Source: a bacterium (GTDB taxonomy: Bacteria > UBA8248). Taken from it: a stretch of DNA of 64,000 nt. Numbering within the stretch: position 1 is the stretch's first letter; each line of letters begins with the position of its first letter. The notes beneath the pieces were generated by a model. That model was not told where the DNA came from and made no database searches. It saw only the letters and a list, made by a program, of their open reading frames with translations. This document shows positions 1 through 9,977 of this stretch, piece by piece. A program made the position numbers and the translations under genes. The stretch is from the NCBI GenBank assembly GCA_965204535.1, contig CBDBEV010000001.1:2464001-2528000 (forward strand). The letters run 5' to 3'.

Positions 1-279
1 GGAAAAGCCCGCCACGGCGGCGGCGTTTATGTCGAGCGCGCCCAGAAAAGCCGCCATGTCGTCGGCCATCATCGCGACCGAGATGGGGCCGCCCGAATGC
101 GGCGTGCACCCCATGCCGCGCAGGTCGGGGACTAGGAGGCGGTAGCTTCTCTGCAGCGCTTCGACCTGGCGGTCCCAAATGGTGTGATCCAGCGAAAAGC
201 CGTGCAGGAGCAGGAGCGGCGGCCCGCTCCCCGATTCCTGGTAGGCGATATCGATTCCGTTCACGGATACGGTTTTCAT
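1..279 (-). CDS. Alpha/beta hydrolase, N-terminal part (runs off the window)
   Basis: Manual translation from ATG at 279: MKTVSVNGIDIAYQESGSGPPLLLLHGFSLDHTIWDRQVEALQRSYRLLVPDLRGMG...AVAGFS; has the LLHG and DLRGxG motifs. Confidence 0.85.
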   Translation of the reverse strand, partial: MKTVSVNGIDIAYQESGSGPPLLLLHGFSLDHTIWDRQVEALQRSYRLLVPDLRGMGCTPHSGGPISVAMMADDMAAFLGALDINAAAVAGFS

Positions 280-585
280 TGCGCGCTCCCATCGTGTCTG
301 AACCGGCTCAAGACGCCGAGTTGTTTTTAGAGGCCACGATTCTAGCACAGCAAGGAAAGCGCCGGAACGCGGGGAGAGGGCGGGGGGAGAGCTAGATGAG
401 GTTCGAGGCGCATTTTTAATGAATGCTCACTGTTTTTCAGTATTCTATTTTGCAAGGTATAGTTTTCATATTCTTTGTAGTTGCTCTCGAAAGACAGCGT
501 TCGAATATAATTTGCTCCTCGTGTTGTTGCTGCAACTGCGCCGAGTTGGGGTGACAATTTAGAAGCAAACTTTAGGAGACTTTAT

Positions 586-1866
586 ATGAGTCGTGCTGCA
601 AGAAAATTAGCAAACCTTTCCGACAAGCATCTTTTTGAAGAAATTTCAGAAGGAATTTCTCATATTGTTGAAAATGCAGTGAGCCTTAATAAGGCGGCTA
701 TTTCTCTATATGAAGCAGAAGAATTTCGTGCTTCCGAGATTCTCCATAGTTATGCTGAAGAGGAAGCGGCGAAGGTTTTAATTCTAATAGATCTAGTACG
801 TTGCCCACGGAATAATCAGCCTGAGAGAGTCGAAACATTGGAATGCTTCTATGATCACCTCGCAAAAATAATTTATGCCAAGATGTGTTCCTACCATATC
901 AATTCTTTTGAGGAAGCGCGTCAAATAATCGAAATTGATCGTCGCCCATTCTACCTAGATGGACCCAGAGATGTAGACTGGATTTTTCCAAACTCCATTA
1001 AATCGGCAAGAGAAAATTTAATTTATGTCGATTATGTTCAAGACATTACCGAAGAGAACAACTCATATTTCTGGAACTATCCATTCCATTCTGATCTGCC
1101 TCGGTTTGGTTATTTTACTCCCGCTTCAGTCGATGTTGCCCAGGCTATTTGTAATGTCGGAGCAAGCACCCCAAAAGGCTTGGCCATCATTGCGGATATT
1201 TGGAGAGGTTTCGAGCCAACACCGGAAACCTCCAATGAAGATTTGAAAAACCTTAAAACCAGCACGCTGGAGCGCCTGAATGAGGAAGAGCTTTATTCTT
1301 CTTATGATTCCGATGGACAAGAAATAATGGCCAACTGGTCATTTCCTCTTTGGCCACTGAAGATACGATTGCAGCAGGAAGAAAAGAAAAACCTAAAAAA
1401 ACTGCATCGTGATTTGCGCCGTCAGCGAGAGGATCGGATTCGATGGATTGAGGAAACGGAGGCGAAGAGAGACCCGCCGCCAATAATCTCGCGCGAAAAA
1501 GTCGAGGCACTCAGCGAGGCATATGGTGAATGGAAAATCGAAAGAGACGAGAAAGAAATGATTACAGAACCTAATAGCAAAATTAGTAAAATTCGTATCT
1601 TGGCGGATAGCAAAAAATTTTCTTCGTTCAAAAAAATTGAAAAAATGTTTCTGGAGTTAACAGAAGAAGAGCGCATCGGCTTACTTGCACTTGCATGGTT
1701 CACTAGAGATAGAATTGCCAACTGGCCAAACGTCTATGAGCGTGCTCGCACGATGATTGAAAGCTTAGACTTCAATTATCAGATTGGGCTTGGTAATAAA
1801 TGGCTAAAGGGATTTGAAAGATGGGAAGAGAAACCGAGTGGTTTTCAGCCAGGTCAGCTTTATTGA
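586..1866 (+). CDS. AbiV-like (HEPN) abortive-infection protein with a C-terminal DUF3775-like helical region
   Basis: N-terminal NAxxLxxxAxxL...AEEEAAK...FYDHLAK pattern of AbiV; C-terminal LTEEERIGLLALAWFTRD resembles DUF3775; AT-rich relative to flanks. Confidence 0.65.
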   Translation: MSRAARKLANLSDKHLFEEISEGISHIVENAVSLNKAAISLYEAEEFRASEILHSYAEEEAAKVLILIDLVRCPRNNQPERVETLECFYDHLAKIIYAKMCSYHINSFEEARQIIEIDRRPFYLDGPRDVDWIFPNSIKSARENLIYVDYVQDITEENNSYFWNYPFHSDLPRFGYFTPASVDVAQAICNVGASTPKGLAIIADIWRGFEPTPETSNEDLKNLKTSTLERLNEEELYSSYDSDGQEIMANWSFPLWPLKIRLQQEEKKNLKKLHRDLRRQREDRIRWIEETEAKRDPPPIISREKVEALSEAYGEWKIERDEKEMITEPNSKISKIRILADSKKFSSFKKIEKMFLELTEEERIGLLALAWFTRDRIANWPNVYERARTMIESLDFNYQIGLGNKWLKGFERWEEKPSGFQPGQLY

Positions 1867-1944
1867 CCATGACAGATTAGAAACAGTTCCAACTTAGGTG
1901 GGAGCATAAGCCCCTAATAAATCTTCAATCATCTCCTTGCCAAC

Positions 1945-3225
<1,281 letters not shown>

Positions 3226-3322
3226 CGATCTTGGCGGGCGGGCGGCTCCGTGTCAACAATTGCGCCGAGAAGAGTTTTTTTGTTACTCATGCAGAAGATT
3301 TGGTGGTATGTAATGATTCGTT

Positions 3323-4072
3323 TTGGTTGAAAGCGTTTCATCGCCCGCAAAAGGAAAACCCGAGTTGAACGGCAAGACGAAAATCCTGTGGACGGCGGGG
3401 CTGTGCCTGCTGGCGGCGGCCCTGCTCGCCTACCTCTTCTGGGGGCAGATAGACGACGCCTGGGCGTACCTTGTGAAGCTCCAGGACAAGAAAGAGAGGT
3501 TCAGGGACTGGATTTACTCTTTCGGCCCCTGGGGGCCGGCCGTGTTCGTCGGCGTGCAGGTGCTCCAGGTGGTCTTCTCCCCCATACCCGGTGAGTTGAC
3601 GGGCTTTCTGGGCGGCTACGTCTACGGCGCGCTCACAGCGACGATCCTGAGCACCATCGGCCTGACGATAGGCAGTTTCCTCGCGTTCTATATCGGGCGG
3701 AAGCTCGGGCGTCCCTTCGTGGAAAAACTCATACCACCCAAAATTCTCGATAAATTCGACTTCCTCATCACGAACAGGGGCGCGTTTCTCGCCTTCGTCT
3801 TTTTCTCGATTCCCGGCTTCCCCAAGGACTACATGTGCTACCTCCTGGGTCTGAGTCCGCTCAGGACGCTTACGTTCGTGATCATCGCGTGCCTCGGCAG
3901 AATCCCCGGCACCATCATGCTGGGGGTCCAGGGGGCGGGGATGTACGAGGAGCAATACGGCTTGGTGGTCGCGCTTCTCATCGTCGCCGTGATGGCCGGG
4001 GCGGCGGCGGTCTACTTCCAGGAGCCTCTGAGAGAATGGCTCAAGGAAAAGGCCGGCCGGGGTGAGACGTAA
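3323..4072 (+). CDS. TVP38/TMEM64 (DedA/VTT-domain) membrane protein
   Basis: LQVVFSPIPGE...GGYVYG...PGFPKDYMCYLLGLS...GRIPGT; hydrophobic. Confidence 0.88.
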   Translation: MVESVSSPAKGKPELNGKTKILWTAGLCLLAAALLAYLFWGQIDDAWAYLVKLQDKKERFRDWIYSFGPWGPAVFVGVQVLQVVFSPIPGELTGFLGGYVYGALTATILSTIGLTIGSFLAFYIGRKLGRPFVEKLIPPKILDKFDFLITNRGAFLAFVFFSIPGFPKDYMCYLLGLSPLRTLTFVIIACLGRIPGTIMLGVQGAGMYEEQYGLVVALLIVAVMAGAAAVYFQEPLREWLKEKAGRGET

Positions 4073-4165
4073 GGCGAATCAAGGGCGGCCACACACCGAA
4101 TCACATAATCAGGGAATTTTTCCAAAGCCCCCATTGCCGTAATTCGGCGGCAATCCCTGCCCTTG

Positions 4166-5116
4166 TCACACGCCCAGATAGAGCAGGAGCAGGGGGGTAG
4201 AGATCAAGCTCAGCGCCGTGCCCGTGAACACGATGGAGGCGGCGAGCGACCCCTCATCCCCATAGCGTTCGGCGAAGATGTAGTTCAGCACGGCGGGCGG
4301 ACTGCACGACATTAAAAAGAGCGCCGCGCGGAACGCGCCCGTGAGCGCGAAGGCTTCCGAAAGCACCCATGCGAGCGCGAAGCCGAGCCCGAATCTGAGC
4401 GCCGCCACCAGGAGGCTGATTCTGAAATCAGACGCCCGGATGGAGCGGAGCCGGTAGCCAAGCGTGAAGAGTTCCACCGGGAACATCCCGCGTCCGGTCA
4501 GGTGGGAGAAGCGCAGGATGAACTTGGGCACGGGAATCGCCGCCATCGCCACGATGATGCCCAAAATCGCCGCGTAGAGGGCGGGCATCTTGAGGGGCTC
4601 CCTGACGCTCGCGCCGCCGCCGTAGGCCATGATCCCCAGCGTGAAGGAGATGAAGATGTTCGGGATGGAGAGCAGCACCACGTACGCCAGACCCTCCTCG
4701 CCGAATGCCAGAAGCGCCAGGGGATAGGGCAGCGAGACGGAGTTCATGAGCATCACGCTGGGCACGAAGGGGCGCTGCGTCATGCCCGCCCAGCGCTTGA
4801 CGGCCAAGGCGACGGCGGCTGGAACGATGTGTATCAGCGTCGAGATGACGCCCGTCTTGATGAGTTCCTCCCAGAGGATATCCTGTCGCGCCAGGGCGTC
4901 GAACACCACGGCGGGGGCGAGCAGGAACAGGACAAGTTCGGCCAGCACTTTGGGGTCGAGTTTTTTCCAGCGGCCGTAGAGGAAGCCGACCCCGATCACG
5001 GCCATGACCGGAAAGACGATGTTCAAAAGCGGCAATATGGAAGACATGCGTATCTCGAGAATCCTCTTCGTTCCGGAAAGAGGCTGAGTATACATACCGC
5101 TCTCTTGGGTGGCCAC
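4166..5116 (-). CDS. AEC (auxin efflux carrier) family transporter (start probably at MSSILP)
   Basis: About 10 hydrophobic segments; NSVSLPYPL, LFTLG and SPPAV...AERY motifs. Confidence 0.85.
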   Translation of the reverse strand: MATQESGMYTQPLSGTKRILEIRMSSILPLLNIVFPVMAVIGVGFLYGRWKKLDPKVLAELVLFLLAPAVVFDALARQDILWEELIKTGVISTLIHIVPAAVALAVKRWAGMTQRPFVPSVMLMNSVSLPYPLALLAFGEEGLAYVVLLSIPNIFISFTLGIMAYGGGASVREPLKMPALYAAILGIIVAMAAIPVPKFILRFSHLTGRGMFPVELFTLGYRLRSIRASDFRISLLVAALRFGLGFALAWVLSEAFALTGAFRAALFLMSCSPPAVLNYIFAERYGDEGSLAASIVFTGTALSLISTPLLLLYLGV

Positions 5117-5169
5117 CCCGGTGGGGTGGCTGCCTCGCCGGGCGGGCGCTCAAGGCGAGACGGGCTTGC

Positions 5170-5360
5170 GGGGCTGTTGAAAAGCCTCCCCGCGCTCGGA
5201 AATGATTGCCGGAATGACAATCAAAAGCGCATCCACCCGTAGGGGCGGCCCCCTGTGGCTGTCCTGCCCCCGTGGCTACGCTTCGTAGGGACAGGCACGG
5301 GGGCCTGTCCCTACAGACCCTTTGCTTGCAGGGTGCTGTGCGGACTTTTTCAACAGCCTC
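5170..5360. mobile_element. MITE-like element with GGGGCTGTTGAAAA / TTTTCAACAGCCTC termini
   Basis: Imperfect TIRs at 5170-5184 and 5346-5360, flanked by a TTGC duplication; encloses a GTAG-type palindrome. Confidence 0.55.
5239..5314. repeat. GTAG-type REP-like palindromic repeat
   Basis: GTAGGGGCGGCCCCCTGTGGCTGTCC...GTAGGGACAGGCACGGGGGCCTGTCCCTAC; related copies at 21419 and 48086. Confidence 0.7.
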
Positions 5361-5500
5361 TTGCAGGCATCTTTCGTCTTTGCGGGCGCGCGCCGCTTGA
5401 GCCGGGAAGAATTTGCGCAAGGACGCGGGGACGCGGTAGCCTGCGGGCGGATTCTCGTTGCTTCAATACGCCATGCCATACATTTTCTTGGGAGTGAAAC

Positions 5501-5938
5501 ATGCCGAAAGTCGATCACCTGGGCTACGCCGTGAGCAATCTCGATGAGAAGAAAAACGTGATGGAGGATTTGCTGGGCTTCCAGTTTTTGGAGAGAAGGG
5601 TGTATGAGCGGCCCGGCAACACCGCTCGCCTCGATTTCTATGAGGTCGAAGGCGCGGTGATGGAACTCGTGGAGATGAGCGACCCCGAGGCGCCGCTCAA
5701 CCGGTTCATCGCCTCACGCGGCGAGGGACTGCACCATATCTGTTTTGTCGTAGATGACCTGAGGGCCACGATGGCCGAATGGGAGGCCAAGGGAGTCGAG
5801 TTCGTCCTCGCCCCCACTTACGGCTCGCGCGGCGGGGTCATCACCTTCACGAACGCGGCGACCACGGGCGGCCTCGCGGTGGAACTGGTGCAGTACGTCC
5901 CCGAAGGAGAGGAGGTTCCCGACTGGGCGCAGAAGTAA
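5501..5938 (+). CDS. VOC-family protein, methylmalonyl-CoA epimerase-like
   Basis: VDHLGYAV, ELVE, RFIASRGEGLHHICFVVDD, GLAVELVQ. Confidence 0.85.
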   Translation: MPKVDHLGYAVSNLDEKKNVMEDLLGFQFLERRVYERPGNTARLDFYEVEGAVMELVEMSDPEAPLNRFIASRGEGLHHICFVVDDLRATMAEWEAKGVEFVLAPTYGSRGGVITFTNAATTGGLAVELVQYVPEGEEVPDWAQK

Positions 5939-6157
5939 GGAAGCGCCATTCGCATAACCCGCACCACGCGCCCGGCTTGCCTGCAAGTAGAGAAAAGACG
6001 TGCTCGCGGTGCGGGTATGCGGCCTGCCCGGGGAGAAGGGATTATATGTACCTTCTTATACTTTGGATGACGCGGGGTTGATGAAAGAATTCGCCAAGCC
6101 CGAACGAAAGCCTCATTTTTCGCTTGACAAGCAAGGTCTAATCCCCCACTATTTTAC

Positions 6158-6278
6158 TTGGCATACAATCCACGTGTGGTCGATCTCACGGGCTGCCCGC
6201 TGAATACAAGACGACTCTTCCTGAGAGTTGAAATAGGCGGGAACCCACATTTCTTCCAAAACGTGGATTGTATGCCAA
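6158..6278 (+). ncRNA. Candidate rod-shaped structured RNA
   Basis: Perfect 18-bp inverted repeat (6158-6175 / 6261-6278) enclosing nested stems; TTGACA at 6124-6129 upstream. Confidence 0.35.
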
Positions 6279-6577
6279 CCAGCCCGTATTTCATCCGTCG
6301 GTTCGGGTGAATCAATCCGCGTGTGGATTGGGAAGGATTGTATGGGTCGAGCTAGTTCATGATTAACACACCTATCTAAACCATATAAGGGCGGCTTTTT
6401 CAGGAAACTGATGACAGGAATGCACTGTAGCAAAAAATGACCGGTTGGTCAAGTAGGGAAGCCGGTTGCCGCGCCGTAGGTGAAGAAGCGGTGCCGGTTT
6501 CTAGCGGCGGCCGGAAAGGGGCAACGGGGCGGGTTTCAAAAGCGCCTCCGGAGCTCAGGCAAGAAGATGAAGAATTT

Positions 6578-6677
6578 GGGGGTTACTCATTAGCTGCTTG
6601 ACCTCGTGGAGTAGCGAGTACCGTTCCGGGTTCGAGTTGGGTCCTCAGACCCGCAACGGGAATAATGAGTAACCCCC
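6578..6677. repeat. Perfect 15-bp inverted repeat, MITE-like
   Basis: GGGGGTTACTCATTA (6578-6592) / TAATGAGTAACCCCC (6663-6677); no TSD seen. Confidence 0.6.
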
Positions 6678-6992
6678 TCCTTCTTTCATCGATGCGTGCT
6701 CGAAAGCAGATTCCAATACGATCGACTTTCGCGCCGGCTCCGTGAGTCGGGGGCGAGCATCCCCATTATAGTCTCATCTTGTCGCCGATTGCGAGTTTTT
6801 TCCCGAACGCGGGTTTCGCTCCTCGGCGACGGCCGCTTCCGGGGTACACGGCGAGGGGCTTGTTTTCGGTTTTCGTGCGGCCCTCCGAGGGGGGAGGGCT
6901 GCATTCCGAGAGGGTGCTGGTATAATGAATTTTGCTCTCTTCCGTGTTTTTGGCTAACCGGCTGAATTCGCGATTTGTTCGGGAGGCTCGCC

Positions 6993-7238
6993 ATGGAAAA
7001 TGGATTGAACGATGAATTTGAATACTATTTGGAAAACCAGATCGATCTCACCGAGAAGTATGAAGGCAGGTATATCGTAATCAAAAATCGCAATGTGATC
7101 GGAGACTACGATACCAAGAGAGCTGCAATCGAAATGACGATGAAAATGCATATTTTGGGCACTTTTCTGGTGCAGAAATGTAGCAGTGACCCCAACAGCA
7201 TAAAACAAAGGTTTCTGTCGCGGGCCTATTTTTCGTAA
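6993..7238 (+). CDS. Small DUF5678-like protein
   Basis: EYYLENQIDLTEKYEGRYIVIKNRNVIG pattern; GGGAGG RBS; stop overlaps the next start (TAATG). Confidence 0.6.
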   Translation: MENGLNDEFEYYLENQIDLTEKYEGRYIVIKNRNVIGDYDTKRAAIEMTMKMHILGTFLVQKCSSDPNSIKQRFLSRAYFS

Positions 7239-7702
7239 TGTTCAAAAAGAAAAGTTCTGCTTTCACGACATATTGCCGAGGATATGAAAACGTCCTTTCC
7301 AATCTGGTCGAGGTCGCGCCTGCTTATGACCCCGAGTTAGGTTTCTCCAGGTCTTTTTTCAGGAAATACAGAGCGGTTTGGGATACAGGCGCCACGCACA
7401 GCGCGATAACGTCGCAAGTGGTTCGGGACTTCGCCTTGCGAGCTACTGGCATGGCCGTCGTTTATGACGCCACCACTACGCAAAATGTCCATACGTATTC
7501 AGTCAATATCTTATTACCCAACCATGTTGAGTTTTCCGATTGGGAAGTGACCGAGGCGGGTGGACTTGTTGGCGATGAAGACATCCTAATTGGTATGGAT
7601 ATTATCGGGGCCGGTGATTTCGCGGTTAGCAATAAAGAACGAACGGTATTCACCTTTCGCTATCCTTCACGAGAAGAGATCAGTTTTTCCAAGCAAGGCT
7701 AA
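7238..7702 (+). CDS. Retropepsin-like (clan AA) aspartyl protease
   Basis: AVWDTGATHS catalytic motif and DILIGMDII motif. Confidence 0.88.
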   Translation: MFKKKSSAFTTYCRGYENVLSNLVEVAPAYDPELGFSRSFFRKYRAVWDTGATHSAITSQVVRDFALRATGMAVVYDATTTQNVHTYSVNILLPNHVEFSDWEVTEAGGLVGDEDILIGMDIIGAGDFAVSNKERTVFTFRYPSREEISFSKQG

Positions 7703-7760
7703 GCTCCGACGCATTCGACCGGGAACATGGCGCAATGATTCAATAGGCCCCTCTCCCGCG

Positions 7761-8771
7761 CTATGGCTTCCTGCTCTCTCCTCCGCCGAAAAACGCGGCG
7801 ATCTTCCCCAGAGACGCCGGGATGTCCACGTCCCACTGGCGGTTCGAGCCGCCGCCGGTGTGGGGCAGCAAGACGGCGTTGGGAAGGCCGATGAGCGGGC
7901 TGTCGGCGGGCAGGGGCTCGTAGCGGTAGACGTCGAGCCCGGCCATGGCGATCGCGCCCGTTCTGAGCGCATCTGCGAGCGCCGCCTCATCGACGAGCGC
8001 GCCCCGGCCCACGTTGATGAGGGCCGCCGTATTCTTCATGCGCGCGAGCTGTTCCGCGCCTATCATCCCCTCGCTCTCGGCGGTGTGCGGAAGCACGAGT
8101 ACGAGGTAGTCGACCAGTACGAGCAACTCATCGAAGGGAAGATACGCCGCCCGGTACTCCGCCTCGACCTCCGGCGCGTGGCGCGTGCGCTGGTAGTAGA
8201 AGATCTCCATGTCGAAGGCCAAACAGCGCCTGGCGATGTCCATGCCGATGTCGCCCAGTCCGATGATTCCGACGCTCTTGCCGAAAAGCTCCGCAACGCC
8301 CTCGATCTCCGGCCAGTTGGGCCGGATGTTCCACTGGCTGGTGGCGACGGGCTCAAGCCCCATCCCGCGGTAGATGCCCGCCTCAACCGCCCGCTGACCC
8401 AAAATCGTCTTGCGCTCGCAACACAGCATGAGAGTCAGGGCCTGTTCGGCCACGGTGGCGTTGCGCATGAGCGACTGCGTGCCGACGGGGATTCCGCGCT
8501 CCCGCGCCGCGGCCGCGTCGATGTTCTTGCAGTTCAGACCGTGTTTCTGGATGTAGCGGAGTCTCGCGGCCTCCCGGATGACCGAAGCCGGCAGTGCCGC
8601 CTTGTAGCATAGGATCGCCTCGGCTTCTGGCGCGAGTGCTAAAAGTGTGTCTTCCTCCGTGCTGTCGGGCGCGATAATATCGAAAGGCTCGGAGGCTGCG
8701 TTCGCCTTGACTCGGCTCAAAAAACGGCCCGACGCCCCGTCGGTGACGAGCAGGCGTATCTTGTCGTTCAT
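7761..8771 (-). CDS. D-isomer-specific 2-hydroxyacid dehydrogenase
   Basis: GIIGLGDIG, INVGRGALVDE, AGLDVY, LLPHTGG; start placed at MNDKIR, which has a GGAG RBS. Confidence 0.9.
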   Translation of the reverse strand: MNDKIRLLVTDGASGRFLSRVKANAASEPFDIIAPDSTEEDTLLALAPEAEAILCYKAALPASVIREAARLRYIQKHGLNCKNIDAAAARERGIPVGTQSLMRNATVAEQALTLMLCCERKTILGQRAVEAGIYRGMGLEPVATSQWNIRPNWPEIEGVAELFGKSVGIIGLGDIGMDIARRCLAFDMEIFYYQRTRHAPEVEAEYRAAYLPFDELLVLVDYLVLVLPHTAESEGMIGAEQLARMKNTAALINVGRGALVDEAALADALRTGAIAMAGLDVYRYEPLPADSPLIGLPNAVLLPHTGGGSNRQWDVDIPASLGKIAAFFGGGESRKP

Positions 8772-9100
8772 GTGCTCTCCTTGCGTGGGGTGTGATGTGA
8801 GAAACAGAAGGTTCTTCTTATCATAGTCGGGGCGGGGGTTGCTATTGGGTGTTCTTGTCTTGTTGGCAGTTTCTCCCCAGGAGGGTTTCAAAAATTACTC
8901 CCCCCTTTTGGGGGTTGTTGAAAAACCCTGATTCTGTAATTCGGGTTATGTAACCGACCGAGCAGGGAGGAGACTTCACTCCCCCCTTGAGGGGGAGTCA
9001 ACGAGGCAAGGGCGAAGCCCGCAGGCGAGTTGTAAGCGTTCGGGCGGGCCGTGATGGTAGTGCCTTGAAGCAGTAGTTCGGGCCGGAATGGGGGATGATT

Positions 9101-9973
9101 TTACCGGTTGAGGACTTGCTTCCAGTTTCTGCGCAACGGTCGTAGCCAGATGTCCTTTTTCGGTTGGTCTCGTTTCGTGTATCTGTCGTAGCGTCCACGC
9201 CCCTGGGTCATACCGACGTGAATCCACCCCGATGCCCTGTAGACGGCGCCGGTGTAGCGCGGCGTCTCGACGAAGGTCTCGACGAGGACGGGTGTCGTGC
9301 CATAGCGCTCGGTCCAGTCCTCGGGCAGGCGCCTGCGGATGATGGCGAGGAGGTGTGAGCCGAGGTTGAGGATCCTGATCCATGGCAGGATGAGGAACCT
9401 CGGGTTGTCGACCACGAGGGGGAGGTTCTTCTCGCGCAGCTGCGGCGTCCAGCCGATGAAGCTGTCGCGCGGGGCGAGCTTCCACGCGGCGGTGGAGAAG
9501 CCGAGCATGGCGAGGGGCCTGCCGCCCCGGTCGTGGACGGCGTAGCGCATCTGCGCGCCGACGAGGGTCTTGTAGCCGAGGTAGTGGTAGCGGGCGACGA
9601 ACTCGTTCCAGAGCCTGCCCTCGCGGGTTCCGCGCACGGCGACGCGCATATCGAGGGGGCGGACTTCGTCGAGGGTCTCAGGCGCCGGGATGAGGGGAGG
9701 TTCGGTGTCGGGTCCGAAGACGATCGGCCCGGGCCGGTTCTGGCGCCACTTCGGTGGGGGCAGCGTGATCAGGCCGTCCTTGTGCATGGCCAGCATAGTC
9801 ACCCGGGCCATCATGTCCTTGAGTCCGCCGTCGGGCTTGTACCAGCCGATTCGGCGGCAGAACTCCTTCGATAGCGCATGGCGGTTGAGCGCAGGTGGAC
9901 CTGCGATCAGTTCGCGCAGCAGCGCCATCTCTTCCGTCGTGAAGTCGCGTCCGTGGTAGCGGCACTCGGTCAC
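9101..9973 (-). CDS. DUF4338 (DruA-like) domain protein
   Basis: WNEFVARYHYLG, AWKLAPRDSFIGW, RFLILPW...NLGSHLL, LVETFVE...GAVYRASGW...TQGRGR. Confidence 0.85.
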   Translation of the reverse strand: MTECRYHGRDFTTEEMALLRELIAGPPALNRHALSKEFCRRIGWYKPDGGLKDMMARVTMLAMHKDGLITLPPPKWRQNRPGPIVFGPDTEPPLIPAPETLDEVRPLDMRVAVRGTREGRLWNEFVARYHYLGYKTLVGAQMRYAVHDRGGRPLAMLGFSTAAWKLAPRDSFIGWTPQLREKNLPLVVDNPRFLILPWIRILNLGSHLLAIIRRRLPEDWTERYGTTPVLVETFVETPRYTGAVYRASGWIHVGMTQGRGRYDRYTKRDQPKKDIWLRPLRRNWKQVLNR

Positions 9974-9977
9974 GGCG

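Noticed and set aside
6158-6278. Retron msr-msd or SRP RNA
   Set aside because: No reverse transcriptase nearby, and the SRP helix-8 motif is absent.
9101-9973. A Druantia defence system
   Set aside because: Only a DUF4338 gene is present, inside IS termini; there is no DruE helicase or other dru gene.
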